A stretch of 64,000 nt of DNA from an uncultured Holophagales bacterium (GTDB lineage Bacteria; Acidobacteriota; Thermoanaerobaculia; Multivoradales; UBA5704). A program made the position numbers and the translations under genes. How positions within the stretch are numbered: the stretch's first letter is position 1; the number at the start of each line of letters is the position of its first letter. Under the pieces are notes generated by a model. The model was not told where the DNA came from and did no database searches. It saw nothing but the letters and a program-made list of their open reading frames with translations. Positions 1 to 9,290 of the stretch are shown piece by piece. The stretch is from assembly GCA_963842525.1 (NCBI GenBank), contig CAWJGT010000009.1:928001-992000 (forward strand). Reading direction: 5' to 3'.

Positions 1-292
1 GGCCCGTTGACCGCGGTCCACGACCCGTCGACAGGTGGCGGCGTCTCGCTGCCCGCGAGCAGCGAGGCACGGGCTGCGGTCACTATGGCTCGTCTCGCGG
101 TCGCCGTGGCTCTTCTCCCAGTCGGTGAGTCTCGTCTCGCGGTCCGTGGCTTCCCGAGAGGGACCGGTCGCCCGCTGGACGCGGCCGGCGTCTGTCCCGC
201 TCTGATAGATTCGCTCCGGCCGGAGGCGTATCCTTCTAGTAGTGCGACCAGCCTTGAAGGTTTGAAGGATTTGCCCGAAAAAGGAGCGTTCG

Positions 293-1408
293 ATGTATCA
301 CTGCCGCAGATTGATGGCCGCTGCTCTGTTTGGGCTCGCTGTCCTCTTTGCATCGTCGGCTTCGGCGCAGGCCGACAAGGTGGACGACTACATCAAGGCT
401 GAGCTGCAGCAACGAAACATCCCTGGCCTCTCCATTGCCGTTGTACGCAATGGAGAAATCATCAAAACGAACGGCTACGGGCTGTCGAACGTCGAGCTGA
501 ACGTCGCTGCCACTCCGGAGACCATCTACCAATCCGGCTCGGTCGGCAAACAGTTTACGGCGACCCTCGCGATGATGCTGGTCGAAGAAGGCAAGCTGAG
601 CCTGGACGATCGCATCGGGAAGCACCTCGCCGACGCGCCGGCAAGCTGGAAAGACATCACCGTGCGCCACCTGCTGACACACACGTCGGGGATCTCGAAC
701 AGCCTCTATCGGAAGATCAACATGCGCTAGGACTACACCGAGGACGAGCTGGTCCGAGAGATCGCGGCGCTTCCGCTCGATTTCCCTCCCGGCGACAAAT
801 GGAACTACAGCAACCCCGGCTATGTGACGCTCGGCATCCTCATCCACAAGGTGACCGGCAAGTTCTACGGCGATCTGCTCCGCGAGAAGATCTTCGGGCC
901 GCTCGGCATGACGACCGCGCGCGTGCTCGACGAAGCCGACATCATACCGAATCGCGCCGCCGGTTACCGGCTCGTGGAAGGCAAATTGAAGAATCAGGAA
1001 TGGGTTTCACCGACCCTCAATACAACCGCCGATGGCGCACTCTACCTGACTGTGCTCGACATGGCGAAGTGGGACGCGGCGCTCTACTCGGAGAAGCTGC
1101 TCAAGAAGTCTTCGCTCGATCTGATGTGGACGCCGGCGAAGCTCAACGATGAAAAGACCGTGCCATACGGTTTCGGCTGGATGCTCGGCGAGATGCGCGG
1201 ACATCGCGTCGTCCAGCATGGTGGAGTATGGCAGGGCTTCTCAGCCCACATCGTGCGCTACATCGACAAGAAGCTGACGGTCATCGTGCTGACGAACCTT
1301 GCCGCGACGGCTGCGGGGACGATCGCCAACGGCGTCGCGGCTCTCTACGATCCCGAGCTCGCGCTGCATCAGAATGGCGCTGACACCGAGGCGAAGAAGA
1401 TCAAGTGA
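293..1408 (+). pseudogene. Secreted serine hydrolase, beta-lactamase class C / PBP-like family, interrupted by an in-frame TAG at 728-730
   Basis: Signal peptide, SxxK (SVGK), LLTHTSG, YxN (YSN, lying between the two ORFs) and HGG motifs. ORFs 293..730 and 824..1408 share a frame and read MR*DYTEDEL...WNYSNPGY across the stop. Confidence 0.85.
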
Positions 1409-1482
1409 AAAGGGCCAATGTGAAAAAAGGAATCTCTGGGCTCTCCGGCCTGCGGCCCCCAACTCCCGATCCGGGGTCTTGG

Positions 1483-1841
1483 TCAGCTTTTTCGCCGGCG
1501 CAGGGCCTTTCTGGGTAGTCCGCGCCGAACGAACCTGCGGACTCGGCGTGCTACCGCCACCGCCCGACGCGCCGCGGCCAGGGAGACCTCATCCCAGCCG
1601 GGATACCGGGCTCCAGTCGCATATTCGGTCAGCCGAGCTTGCTCCTCGTCGCTGAGGTCTGGTCGTAACTCCGTAGGAATAAGAGACAATAACCTTTCGA
1701 GATCGTGAGTGCGTGGTAACAGACGGTGTCTGTCGGACAACTTTCACCGAGCTTGAGTGTATGCGCTGCGTTCGTAAGATCGTTGTCAGCCTTGATCACC
1801 CATTCTTGGCATACGGTGATCAGCTTCTCACGATCGGGCAT
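1483..1841 (-). pseudogene. HEPN-domain protein (MNT-HEPN toxin-antitoxin partner) with an internal deletion and frameshift
   Basis: The N-part MPDREK...W.IKADNDL...TDTVCYHA and the C-part THDLERLL...LTEYATGARYPG are in different frames. The usual QQxxEKxLKA segment between them is absent. Confidence 0.75.
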
Positions 1842-2160
1842 ACAGCACCTTTCCCTCGCGCGCTGCCGGACGCTCGATGGTTCCGGGGATCTCCTTACGC
1901 CACTGGAATTCTTCGGGAGTCGTGACGACAATGTCCTTCGCAATATGGATATTCCTCAGGGCGAGACGGATCTCGACCTGTGTCTCCTGCTTGGAGCCGG
2001 AGAGCGGCATCACGACGAGCAGATCGACGTCACTGTCGGGGCCGGCGTCGCCGCGTGCATGCGAGCCGAAGAGGATGATCCTTTCCGGATGAAAGCGGCT
2101 CACGATCCGGCGTACCATCTGCTGAATCTCTCTTCTGGCAACGAAATCCGTCTTGTGCAT
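1828..2160 (-). CDS. Minimal nucleotidyltransferase (MNT) domain protein
   Basis: ILFGSHARGDAGPDSDVDLLVV pol-beta-type motif; 110 aa; overlaps the HEPN start. Confidence 0.9.
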   Translation of the reverse strand: MHKTDFVARREIQQMVRRIVSRFHPERIILFGSHARGDAGPDSDVDLLVVMPLSGSKQETQVEIRLALRNIHIAKDIVVTTPEEFQWRKEIPGTIERPAAREGKVLYARS

Positions 2161-2220
2161 CAGAAGAACCCTCGCCGAGTATGGTAGCTCATCCCCAGCG
2201 TGGACCGGTCAAGGTGCGTG

Positions 2221-5061
2221 TCACCGCCGGCCCGCGGGGCGCCGTCGGACCATCATCAAAGCAACGAGAACCAGAACGGCGATCCCGGCGCCGGCCATGA
2301 TGCGGGGGGCGGCGAGGAAGAGCCAGCTCCGTCCGCCCGGGACGGGCACGAGGTCGCCGTCTCCCAGGACGACCAGCCCGGCCCAAGCGTAGGCGGGGGC
2401 GCCGTCTTCGATGCGGTCGAGCTGGGCCGCGCGGAGGGCCGCGGCGACGCTCTTGCCCTGAGCGAGGTGGCGGTAGAAGCGGTCGAAGATGGCTGCGCCG
2501 TCGTCGTCGCGCAGCGGCCAGAGGCTCGCTACGACGGTATGGGCGCCGGCCTGGAAGAAGGCGCGCGCCACTCCCATCATCCCTTCGCCGCGGAGCACGG
2601 TGCCTGAAGCGCTGCGGCAGGAGGAGAGGACGGCGATCTGGCCGTTTAGCCGGAGGGGCACGATCTCGCGGAGCTGGAGGAGGCCGTCCTCCGTGGCCGG
2701 ATCGGGCGTCAGGAGGACGCCCGATCTTTCGCTGTTCTGGTCGTCGAGCACCGCATGGGTGGCGAAGTGCAGGACGCGGAACCGGTGGAGGTCCTCGCTC
2801 TTCAGAAAGCCCTCGGAGGCTTCCTGGCCGACCCGCAGGATACTGCCGCCGCCGAGGTATCGCACGGCGGCACGGCCTTCACGCCGGGCGAACGGCAGGG
2901 CTCCCAGCCTCGTGGCGGCGGCGAACACGGCGGAGCGTTCTGCGGCCGGGCCCGGAGGGCTCCCCGAGACGGTCCCCGGCAGCACGGGATCGGCGAGGGC
3001 GAGCAGCGGCTCTGCGGCCAGGGCGGGCTGAGCTTGCCGCCATTTCAGCCAGAGCGTGGCGGAGGGCGCGACGGCGATCTGGTAGCGCTCGGCGAGCGGC
3101 CCGGCCCCGGCCTTGGGGCGCAGGGCCGCGAACGGGAGTTGGTGGAGCGCGTCGTCCGGCAGGATCACGAGCCTCCGGACCCCGGATGGCAGATCGCGCA
3201 GCGCGTCCTGCAACAGGTCGCGATAGAGGCCGGCGGAGGGCGCCGCCTCGCTTCCGTCCCGCCGTTCGAAAAGGCCGTCGAGGAGGCGCACCGCGGGCCG
3301 CAACGAAACCCGGTCCCGCCGCAGGCGATAGATCCGCGTGCCGCCGTGCGTGATCGCCAGCAGCCAGGAGCCGCCGGCGAAGTCGCCGAACCATCCCTCG
3401 TCGGGGGCGATCTGGAAGGAGAGGAGGGCCTCGTCCGGCGCCAGCACCCTCCGCACTTCGGGCAGGGTGGCGAAGCCGGGGCGCTGCGCGCGGGCTCGTA
3501 TGGGGCCGGCGCTGGCGATCTGGTCCTCGATGCCGTCCTCCTCGATTTCGAGCCGGCGCAGCTCGCGGAGAGCCGAGGCCCGCTCCGAGGCCGGCAGGGT
3601 GGGCTCGAGAAGCCGGCGCTGGACCTGCGTGAGCTGTGCCAGGACCCGGGTGTGTCGCGCAGCGAGCCCTGCTGGTAGAACGGCCGGTGTTGCGCGGGCA
3701 GCCTCCAGCGCTTCGACGAGCGTCCGGGCACGCAGGCGCTCGGTGGTGGCGAAGGCTTCGTCGAGGCTTCCGGTAGAGTGGTTTTCGAGGAAGTCCTGGA
3801 GCAGGCGGCCGGAGAGCCAGTAGTAGTCCTCGGACCACAGGGAGAAGAGCCCGGCGCGGCCCGATTCCCCTTTCTGCTGCTCCCGGATCACTTCGAGGGA
3901 GCGCAGGGCCGTGCGCGAGTCGGCGGCGGCCTGCTCGCCGGGAAGGGTGGCCCAGCTCACACGCATCCGTTCCCGCAAAGCGTGGTAGCGCACCCAGGGG
4001 TCCTGGGACTGATCGGCGAGGGCGAGGGCTTCCGTTACGATCGGGACCGCGCGGGCAGGGTCTTCCCGCCGGAGCTGGCGCGAGAGGGCGACGAGGCATT
4101 GGCTCCGGTCCGCCGGGAGGCGCAGGGCCGCAAGGCACTGCTCGATGTGGTGGTGGGCTTCCGCGCCGCTCGAGAGCTGGCCGAGGACGATATGGGCGCG
4201 GGCAGCGATGTCTGGGATCCCGAGCTCGGAGGAGGCCGCCAGGATCTCGCGTGCCACCTGAGCGGTCTCCCGGCGGGTTTCCGGCCCAGGCATTTCGAGG
4301 ACCTCCTCGACCAGGCCACGCAGGACGCCATAGCGGGCGATGACCTCGAGGCGCCGCTCGCCATGCGCCCGGGCCAGATCGGCCAGCCGCCCATAGGCTG
4401 CACGTGCCTCGAGAATCCGGCCGAGAGAGAAGCTGACTCCGGCCATCTCCTCCAGGAAATCCCGCTGCAGGGTGTACAGATCGCCGGACCCCGGGAAGAC
4501 CGCGTTCTGCGCCTGGTGGAGCAGCACGTACGCCCTCTCCAGATTTCCCCCTCGCAGGCGGAGATGCCTGGCCTGGAGGACGTTCGCCCGGGCGGTCTGG
4601 AGAGGGTCTCCCGTGGCTCGGGCGATGGCGACGACCCGTTCCACCTCTCGTTCCGCCTCCTCCGGACGGCCCTGGCTGATCAAGACCATGTGCAGGGCGG
4701 TGCGGGCGCGGATCTCGCCGATGGCGTCACCGCTCCTGGCGAAGACCGCCGCGGCGTCCCTGTAGGGAAGCTCGGCGTGCCGCGGCTCTGTCCATCGCAG
4801 GTGACCCAGGTAGAACAGCAGCCACGGATGGCTGGGATGGCGGGAGAGCAGCAGCTCCACGCGCCGGGATGCTTCGGCTGCAAGGCCCGGCGACCGCCCG
4901 GCGGCATAGAAGCACTCGGCCGATGCCTCGGCCTCCGGCGCGGCGGAGAAGCGCTCTTCGCAGGCGCTCAGCGTCGAGTCACCCGCGGCGAGGACCGGGC
5001 CAGAGAGCAAGAGAAGGACCGAGGTGAGGAAAACGGCGATGGCGGGACGGCCGATAGGCAT
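2221..5061 (-). CDS. TPR-like helical repeat + CHAT (caspase-like) protease, exported and C-terminally membrane-anchored (copy 1)
   Basis: N-terminal signal peptide; CHAT motifs ILPDDALHQLPF, HFATHA (His), VLSSCRS (Cys), VASLW, WAGLV; hydrophobic C-terminal helix followed by RRRPAGRR. Confidence 0.9.
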   Translation of the reverse strand: MPIGRPAIAVFLTSVLLLLSGPVLAAGDSTLSACEERFSAAPEAEASAECFYAAGRSPGLAAEASRRVELLLSRHPSHPWLLFYLGHLRWTEPRHAELPYRDAAAVFARSGDAIGEIRARTALHMVLISQGRPEEAEREVERVVAIARATGDPLQTARANVLQARHLRLRGGNLERAYVLLHQAQNAVFPGSGDLYTLQRDFLEEMAGVSFSLGRILEARAAYGRLADLARAHGERRLEVIARYGVLRGLVEEVLEMPGPETRRETAQVAREILAASSELGIPDIAARAHIVLGQLSSGAEAHHHIEQCLAALRLPADRSQCLVALSRQLRREDPARAVPIVTEALALADQSQDPWVRYHALRERMRVSWATLPGEQAAADSRTALRSLEVIREQQKGESGRAGLFSLWSEDYYWLSGRLLQDFLENHSTGSLDEAFATTERLRARTLVEALEAARATPAVLPAGLAARHTRVLAQLTQVQRRLLEPTLPASERASALRELRRLEIEEDGIEDQIASAGPIRARAQRPGFATLPEVRRVLAPDEALLSFQIAPDEGWFGDFAGGSWLLAITHGGTRIYRLRRDRVSLRPAVRLLDGLFERRDGSEAAPSAGLYRDLLQDALRDLPSGVRRLVILPDDALHQLPFAALRPKAGAGPLAERYQIAVAPSATLWLKWRQAQPALAAEPLLALADPVLPGTVSGSPPGPAAERSAVFAAATRLGALPFARREGRAAVRYLGGGSILRVGQEASEGFLKSEDLHRFRVLHFATHAVLDDQNSERSGVLLTPDPATEDGLLQLREIVPLRLNGQIAVLSSCRSASGTVLRGEGMMGVARAFFQAGAHTVVASLWPLRDDDGAAIFDRFYRHLAQGKSVAAALRAAQLDRIEDGAPAYAWAGLVVLGDGDLVPVPGGRSWLFLAAPRIMAGAGIAVLVLVALMMVRRRPAGRR

Positions 5062-5094
5062 GCGGGCAGGGGTCCTGCCCCGATTCTAGACCAA

Positions 5095-5127
5095 CCGGCG
5101 GGCGGGGCGATCGGCCCCGCCCGCCGG
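5095..5127 (-). terminator. GC-rich hairpin after the small peptide ORF
   Basis: Perfect 14-bp stem CCGGCGGGCGGGGC / GCCCCGCCCGCCGG with a 5-nt loop; weak U tract. Confidence 0.6.
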
Positions 5128-5136
5128 GAAGGATGC

Positions 5137-5226
5137 TCAGGTCTTCGGCGGATCGACCGGAGGCGGAGGGATCTCGTCGCGGACTGTGGTGGCTGCCTTC
5201 GGGTCGAAAATCGTATTGTCTTTCAT
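5137..5226 (-). CDS. Unannotated 29-aa Pro-rich peptide MKDNTIFDPKAATTVRDEIPPPPVDPPKT
   Basis: GGAGA RBS 6 nt before the ATG, conserved promoter-like motif upstream and hairpin downstream; same layout as the 8236..8391 ORF. Confidence 0.55.
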   Translation of the reverse strand: MKDNTIFDPKAATTVRDEIPPPPVDPPKT

Positions 5227-5294
5227 GACTGGTCTCCAGCGGAATCATCGGATTTCAAATTTTGTCGTTTCCTTCGCGGCTTGCGCCGCCCACA

Positions 5295-5332
5295 CATCTC
5301 CAGGAACGATGGGGATAGGGAGATTCCCTCAC
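5295..5332 (-). promoter_or_regulatory. Putative ECF sigma promoter GTGAGGG-N16-TCGTTCCTGGAGATG (copy 1)
   Basis: Two identical blocks with an identical 16-nt spacer also occur at 8443-8480; CGTT is a typical ECF -10 core. Confidence 0.6.
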
Positions 5333-8160
5333 GCGACGGAACGACGACGTTTCCAGAGCAACAGCGAGGCGATGGCTAAAAGGAGGAGAATGGCGCCGGC
5401 GGCGATCCAGCGCTCGTCGAGGAGGAGGCCCTGGCGTCCGCCTGGAAGCGGGACCAGGTTCCCGTCCCCCAGGACGACGAGCCCGGCCCAGGCATAGGCC
5501 GGTGCGCCGTCTGCGATCCGGTCGAGCTGGGCCGCGCGCAGGGCCGCCGCCACGCTCCGGCCCTCGGCGAGGCGGCGGTAGAAGCGGTCGAACAGGGCCG
5601 CGCCGTCGTCGTCGCGCAGCGGCCAGAGGCTCGCCACCACGGTGTGGGCGCCGGCCTGGAAGAAGGCGCGGGCCAGGCCCATGACCCCCTCGCCGCGGAG
5701 CACGGTGCCCGAGGCGCTGCGGCAGGAGGAGAGGACCGCCACCGTGCCGTCGAGATGGAGGGGTACGATCTCGCGGAGCTGGAGGAGGCCGTCCTCGGTC
5801 GCCGGGGCCGGAGTCAGGAGGATGCCCGAACGCTCGGGGTTGCGGGCGTCCAGCACGGCATGGGTGGCGAAGTGGAGCATGCGGAACCGCCGCAGGTCTT
5901 CGCTCTTGAGATAGCCCTCGGAGGCGTCCTCTCCCATGCGCAGGAGGCTCCCGCCACCCAGGTACCGCGCCGCCGCGCGGCCCTCGCGGCGCGCGAAGGG
6001 CAGGGCTTCCAGACGGGCCGCGGCAGCGAACACGGCGGAGCGCTCTGCGGGCGGGCCGGCGGGGCGGCCCGTAGTGATTCCCGGCGTCCCCAGCATCACC
6101 GGATCGGCGAGGGCCAGCAGCGGCTCTGCCGCCGGCGCCGGCTGATTGCGCCGCCAGTGGAGCCAGAGGGTGGCGGATGGCGCGACGGTGATCTCGTAGC
6201 GGCTGGCCAGCGGCGGACCCCTCGGGTCGGGACGCAGCGCGGGGAAGGGGAGCTGGTGGAGCGCGTCGTCCGGGAGGAGCACGAGGCGCCGCACGTTCGG
6301 CGGCAGGTCTTTCAGGGCGTCGGCCAGGAGGTCGCGATAGAGGCCGGCGGCCGGCGCCTCCTCCGCGCCGTCGCGCCGTTCGAAGAGGCCGCTGAAAAGG
6401 GCTACGGCCGGCCGCAGGGCGATGCGGTCGCGGCGCAGGCGGTAGGCCCGGCTGCCGTCGCGCGTCGCAACGACGAGCCACGAGCCGCCGGCAAAGCCGC
6501 CGAACAGGTCCTCGTCCGGAGCGACCTGGAACGACAGGAGGGCCTCGTCCGGCGCGAGGGCGCGTTGCACTTCGGTCAGCGAGGCGAAGGCTGAGGCGAC
6601 GGAGCGGGCGGGGCTCGCACGGTCGATCTGGTCACGGACCTCGGCTTCTTCGAGCTCCAAGTGTTCGAGCTCTGTCTGGGCGGTCGTCCTCTCCGCCGCT
6701 GGCAGCTCGGGATCGAGCAGCCGGCGCTGGACCCGGGCGATGTCCTCGAGGAGGAGGGCGCGGCGCGTCCGTAGCGCCTGTTCGGTGGCGCCGTGCTCGG
6801 GGGTGGCCTGCGCGGCGGCGAGAGCATCGAGCAGAGCGCGGGCCCGCTTTCTCTCCATCACGCCGAAGGCGCGTCCGAGGCTGTCCCGTCCCTTGCGCTG
6901 CGCGGCGGCTTCGAGCAACCGGCCGGCGAGCCAGGAGTAGTCTTCGGACCAGCTCGAGAAGAAGCCGACCTGGCTGGACGAGTTTCCTTGCAGACCGCGC
7001 AGCGTCTCGATGGCGTCGAGCGCGGACTCTGAGTCGGCCACGGCCTGCTCCGTCGAGCCGGAGGCCCAACTGACGCGCATCCGCTCGCGCCAGGCGTAGG
7101 CCATCATCCAGGGCTTGTCGGACTGGCGGACCAGACGAAGCGACTCTTCGATGGCGGTTCGTGCCCGGGCGGGGTCCTCCGCCGAGAAATGGCGGGCCAG
7201 GGCATTGAGGCAATAGCTCCGGTCGTGGAGGTTGTCCGCAGCCTTCAGGCAGGCCTCCAGGTGCTGCCGGGCTTCGCGGCCGGTGGTGAGCAGGCCGAGC
7301 AGCCAGTGCGCCTTGGCTTCGACACCGCGGTTCTCGGCGGCCGCGGCGGTGGCCAGGGCATGCCGCGCAAGCTCGATCGCCTCCTGCCGGTACCCGGGAC
7401 GTGGTGCCTCGGCGACGCCGTCCAGAAAGGTGCGTGCCAGACTGTAGCGGGCACTGGCCTCTCCAAAGAGGTCGGTCTCCGACCGGGCCAGCTCCGCGGC
7501 ACGGAGATAGTTGGCCTTGGCCTCTTCGTAGCGCCCGAGCTCCAGGCTGACGTTGCCGAGCCAGACCAAGCAATCGCGCTGGATCGAGTACTCTCCCTTG
7601 GGAAAGGCGACTTCTTCGGCGCGGCGGAGAAGGAGGTAAGCCCGTTCCAGGTCCCGGCCGAGCGAGAACAGATAACGGACCCGCCCGATCTTCGCCCAGG
7701 CGATCAGATTTGGGTTTCCCGAGGCGTCGGCCACTTTCTCAGCCTGCTCCGCCTCGTCTCCAGCGGCTTCGGTGCGTCCCAATTGGGACAGGACGCGCTG
7801 CAGGTTCAGTCTCGCGAGAACCTCGCCACGGGGGATGCGCCTCTCGGCGAACTTCCTGGCGGCAGTGCGATAGAGCACCTCGGCTTCCGCCCAGTTCTGG
7901 GTCAGATGCCCCAGGTAGAACGTGATCCAAGGGTGGCCGGGCCGTTGGGAGAGGAGAGTCCGGAGCCGATTGACGGCCTCCTGCGCCTGTGCCGGATCTC
8001 GGCCCACCTCGTAAAAGCACTTGGCGGACTGCTCGGCGTCCGGCGTCGTAGCGAGTTGGGAATCGCAGGCCGCGAAGTCGGGCTTGACTTCGGCGTGTGC
8101 GCGTGCCAACGAAAAGGACAGGGCGAGGGCGAGCAGCAGGACGGCGGTACGAGAAGACAT
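5329..8160 (-). CDS. TPR-like repeat + CHAT protease, exported and membrane-anchored (copy 2)
   Basis: Likely start MSSRTAVLLL (signal peptide); HFATHA and LSSCRS dyad motifs; C-terminal TM helix plus KRRR; CHAT domain nearly identical to copy 1. Confidence 0.9.
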   Translation of the reverse strand: MSSRTAVLLLALALSFSLARAHAEVKPDFAACDSQLATTPDAEQSAKCFYEVGRDPAQAQEAVNRLRTLLSQRPGHPWITFYLGHLTQNWAEAEVLYRTAARKFAERRIPRGEVLARLNLQRVLSQLGRTEAAGDEAEQAEKVADASGNPNLIAWAKIGRVRYLFSLGRDLERAYLLLRRAEEVAFPKGEYSIQRDCLVWLGNVSLELGRYEEAKANYLRAAELARSETDLFGEASARYSLARTFLDGVAEAPRPGYRQEAIELARHALATAAAAENRGVEAKAHWLLGLLTTGREARQHLEACLKAADNLHDRSYCLNALARHFSAEDPARARTAIEESLRLVRQSDKPWMMAYAWRERMRVSWASGSTEQAVADSESALDAIETLRGLQGNSSSQVGFFSSWSEDYSWLAGRLLEAAAQRKGRDSLGRAFGVMERKRARALLDALAAAQATPEHGATEQALRTRRALLLEDIARVQRRLLDPELPAAERTTAQTELEHLELEEAEVRDQIDRASPARSVASAFASLTEVQRALAPDEALLSFQVAPDEDLFGGFAGGSWLVVATRDGSRAYRLRRDRIALRPAVALFSGLFERRDGAEEAPAAGLYRDLLADALKDLPPNVRRLVLLPDDALHQLPFPALRPDPRGPPLASRYEITVAPSATLWLHWRRNQPAPAAEPLLALADPVMLGTPGITTGRPAGPPAERSAVFAAAARLEALPFARREGRAAARYLGGGSLLRMGEDASEGYLKSEDLRRFRMLHFATHAVLDARNPERSGILLTPAPATEDGLLQLREIVPLHLDGTVAVLSSCRSASGTVLRGEGVMGLARAFFQAGAHTVVASLWPLRDDDGAALFDRFYRRLAEGRSVAAALRAAQLDRIADGAPAYAWAGLVVLGDGNLVPLPGGRQGLLLDERWIAAGAILLLLAIASLLLWKRRRSVA

Positions 8161-8195
8161 TGAGGGAGGGGAGTCTAGGCCACCCAGGGAGATTG

Positions 8196-8224
8196 AAAAA
8201 CGGGCGGCGCACCTGGGCCGCCCG
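8196..8224 (-). terminator. Intrinsic terminator after the 51-aa peptide ORF
   Basis: 8-bp stem CGGGCGGC/GCCGCCCG followed by TTTTT on the minus strand. Confidence 0.7.
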
Positions 8225-8235
8225 CCATGCAAAGG

Positions 8236-8391
8236 CTAACCGCCGATCGGCCCCGGGTTCTCGTCCGGAGGAGTGCAGCAGTAGGGATCGTAGTCCTTGC
8301 CGCCTTCCTTCGGATCGCCGGTGGTGTCCGGGGCGGTCGCGGCCGCGGGTCTCGTCTTCTCGTCTTGGGGCTCGGTCATCTCGTGAATCAT
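8236..8391 (-). CDS. 51-aa acidic, Pro-rich peptide MIHEMTEPQD...DYDPYCCTPPDENPGPIGG
   Basis: AAGGAG RBS 6 nt before the ATG at 8391; promoter-like motif upstream; terminator downstream. Confidence 0.65.
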   Translation of the reverse strand: MIHEMTEPQDEKTRPAAATAPDTTGDPKEGGKDYDPYCCTPPDENPGPIGG

Positions 8392-8442
8392 GATGTTCTC
8401 CTTCAATTCTTCAGGCCGGCGGGTCGGCTCCAGGTTTGCGTT

Positions 8443-8480
8443 CATCTCCAGGAACGAAGGGAGTGAGGCGTTCCCCTCAC
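8443..8480 (-). promoter_or_regulatory. Putative ECF sigma promoter GTGAGGG-N16-TCGTTCCTGGAGATG (copy 2)
   Basis: Matches 5295-5332 in both blocks and spacing, with a different spacer sequence. Confidence 0.6.
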
Positions 8481-8602
8481 CCCTCCTTCCCATCTCCCGG
8501 CTTGATACGGAGAACCATTCCCAAGGTTCTTGGATCCCACCTGCGGCAGGAAAAATTTATACGAGAGAAGATGCTAATTTCTCATCTTCTTTGTTCATTT
8601 CC

Positions 8603-9290
8603 CTACTGGACCGTCGTCACGAAGGTCTTCGAGCTCAGGCGGCTGCCGTCGGGAAGGTCGGCCTCGACCTTCCAGAAGAGACGCGAGCCGGTCGGCATGC
8701 CGGCGAGGGCGCTCGCGGGCACCTGGAAGCTCGGGCGTCCGCAGGTCCTTGGCGCTGGCGATCACCCGCAGATCCTCGGTGCTCACCTCGACGTCGTAGG
8801 TCGCGCCCGCGGCCGAGGGCGCCGACCAGCGCAGGACGAAGCGGTCGCGGGGCAGGGACGCGCCGTCCGTGATCCGCGACTGGATGGCGTCCTGCTGGCC
8901 TTCGCGATAGCCGGCCGTACCCTGGTCCGGCTGCTGGGCCTGGTAGAGCTGGACACCCACGACGGCCACCGCCAGCGCCGCCGCGGCTGCGAGGGCGAAG
9001 GTGCGCACGCGCTGCCAGGGGCCGTAGCGCACGACCGCGCCAGGAGCCGGAGCGGTGGAGACCACCGGCTCGGGCGCCTGGAGGGCGCGCGCCAGCCGCC
9101 AGTCCTCGGCGCAGGACGAGCACACCACGGTGTGCTCCACGATCTGCTCGACCTCGTCCGGCGTCAGCTCGCCGTGCACCGCCGCCCAGATCCTCTCCGG
9201 GGCGGGGCAGGTTTCGGGAGCCGGGGCGGGTTGCGAGACAGACGCGAATGCCCGGCGCAGCTTGGTGAGCTCCTCATCCTCCAAATTCAT
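8603..9290 (-). CDS. Zinc-binding anti-sigma factor (ZAS/zf-HC2) with TM helix and extracytoplasmic beta domain; 1-nt frameshift near 8730
   Basis: HTVVCSSC (HxxxCxxC), Ala/Val TM segment, ATGA overlap with the sigma gene. Removing one C near 8730 gives FQVPASAL...LFWKVEADLPDG...TFVTTVQ*. Confidence 0.85.

Noticed and set aside
89-151. Direct repeat CTCGTCTCGCGGTC at 89-102 and 131-144
   Set aside because: Only two copies; could be an operator, but nothing else supports it.
8566-8590. AGAAGATG-N9-CATCTTCT inverted repeat in an AT-rich gap
   Set aside because: Single short instance; cannot tell operator from weak terminator or chance.
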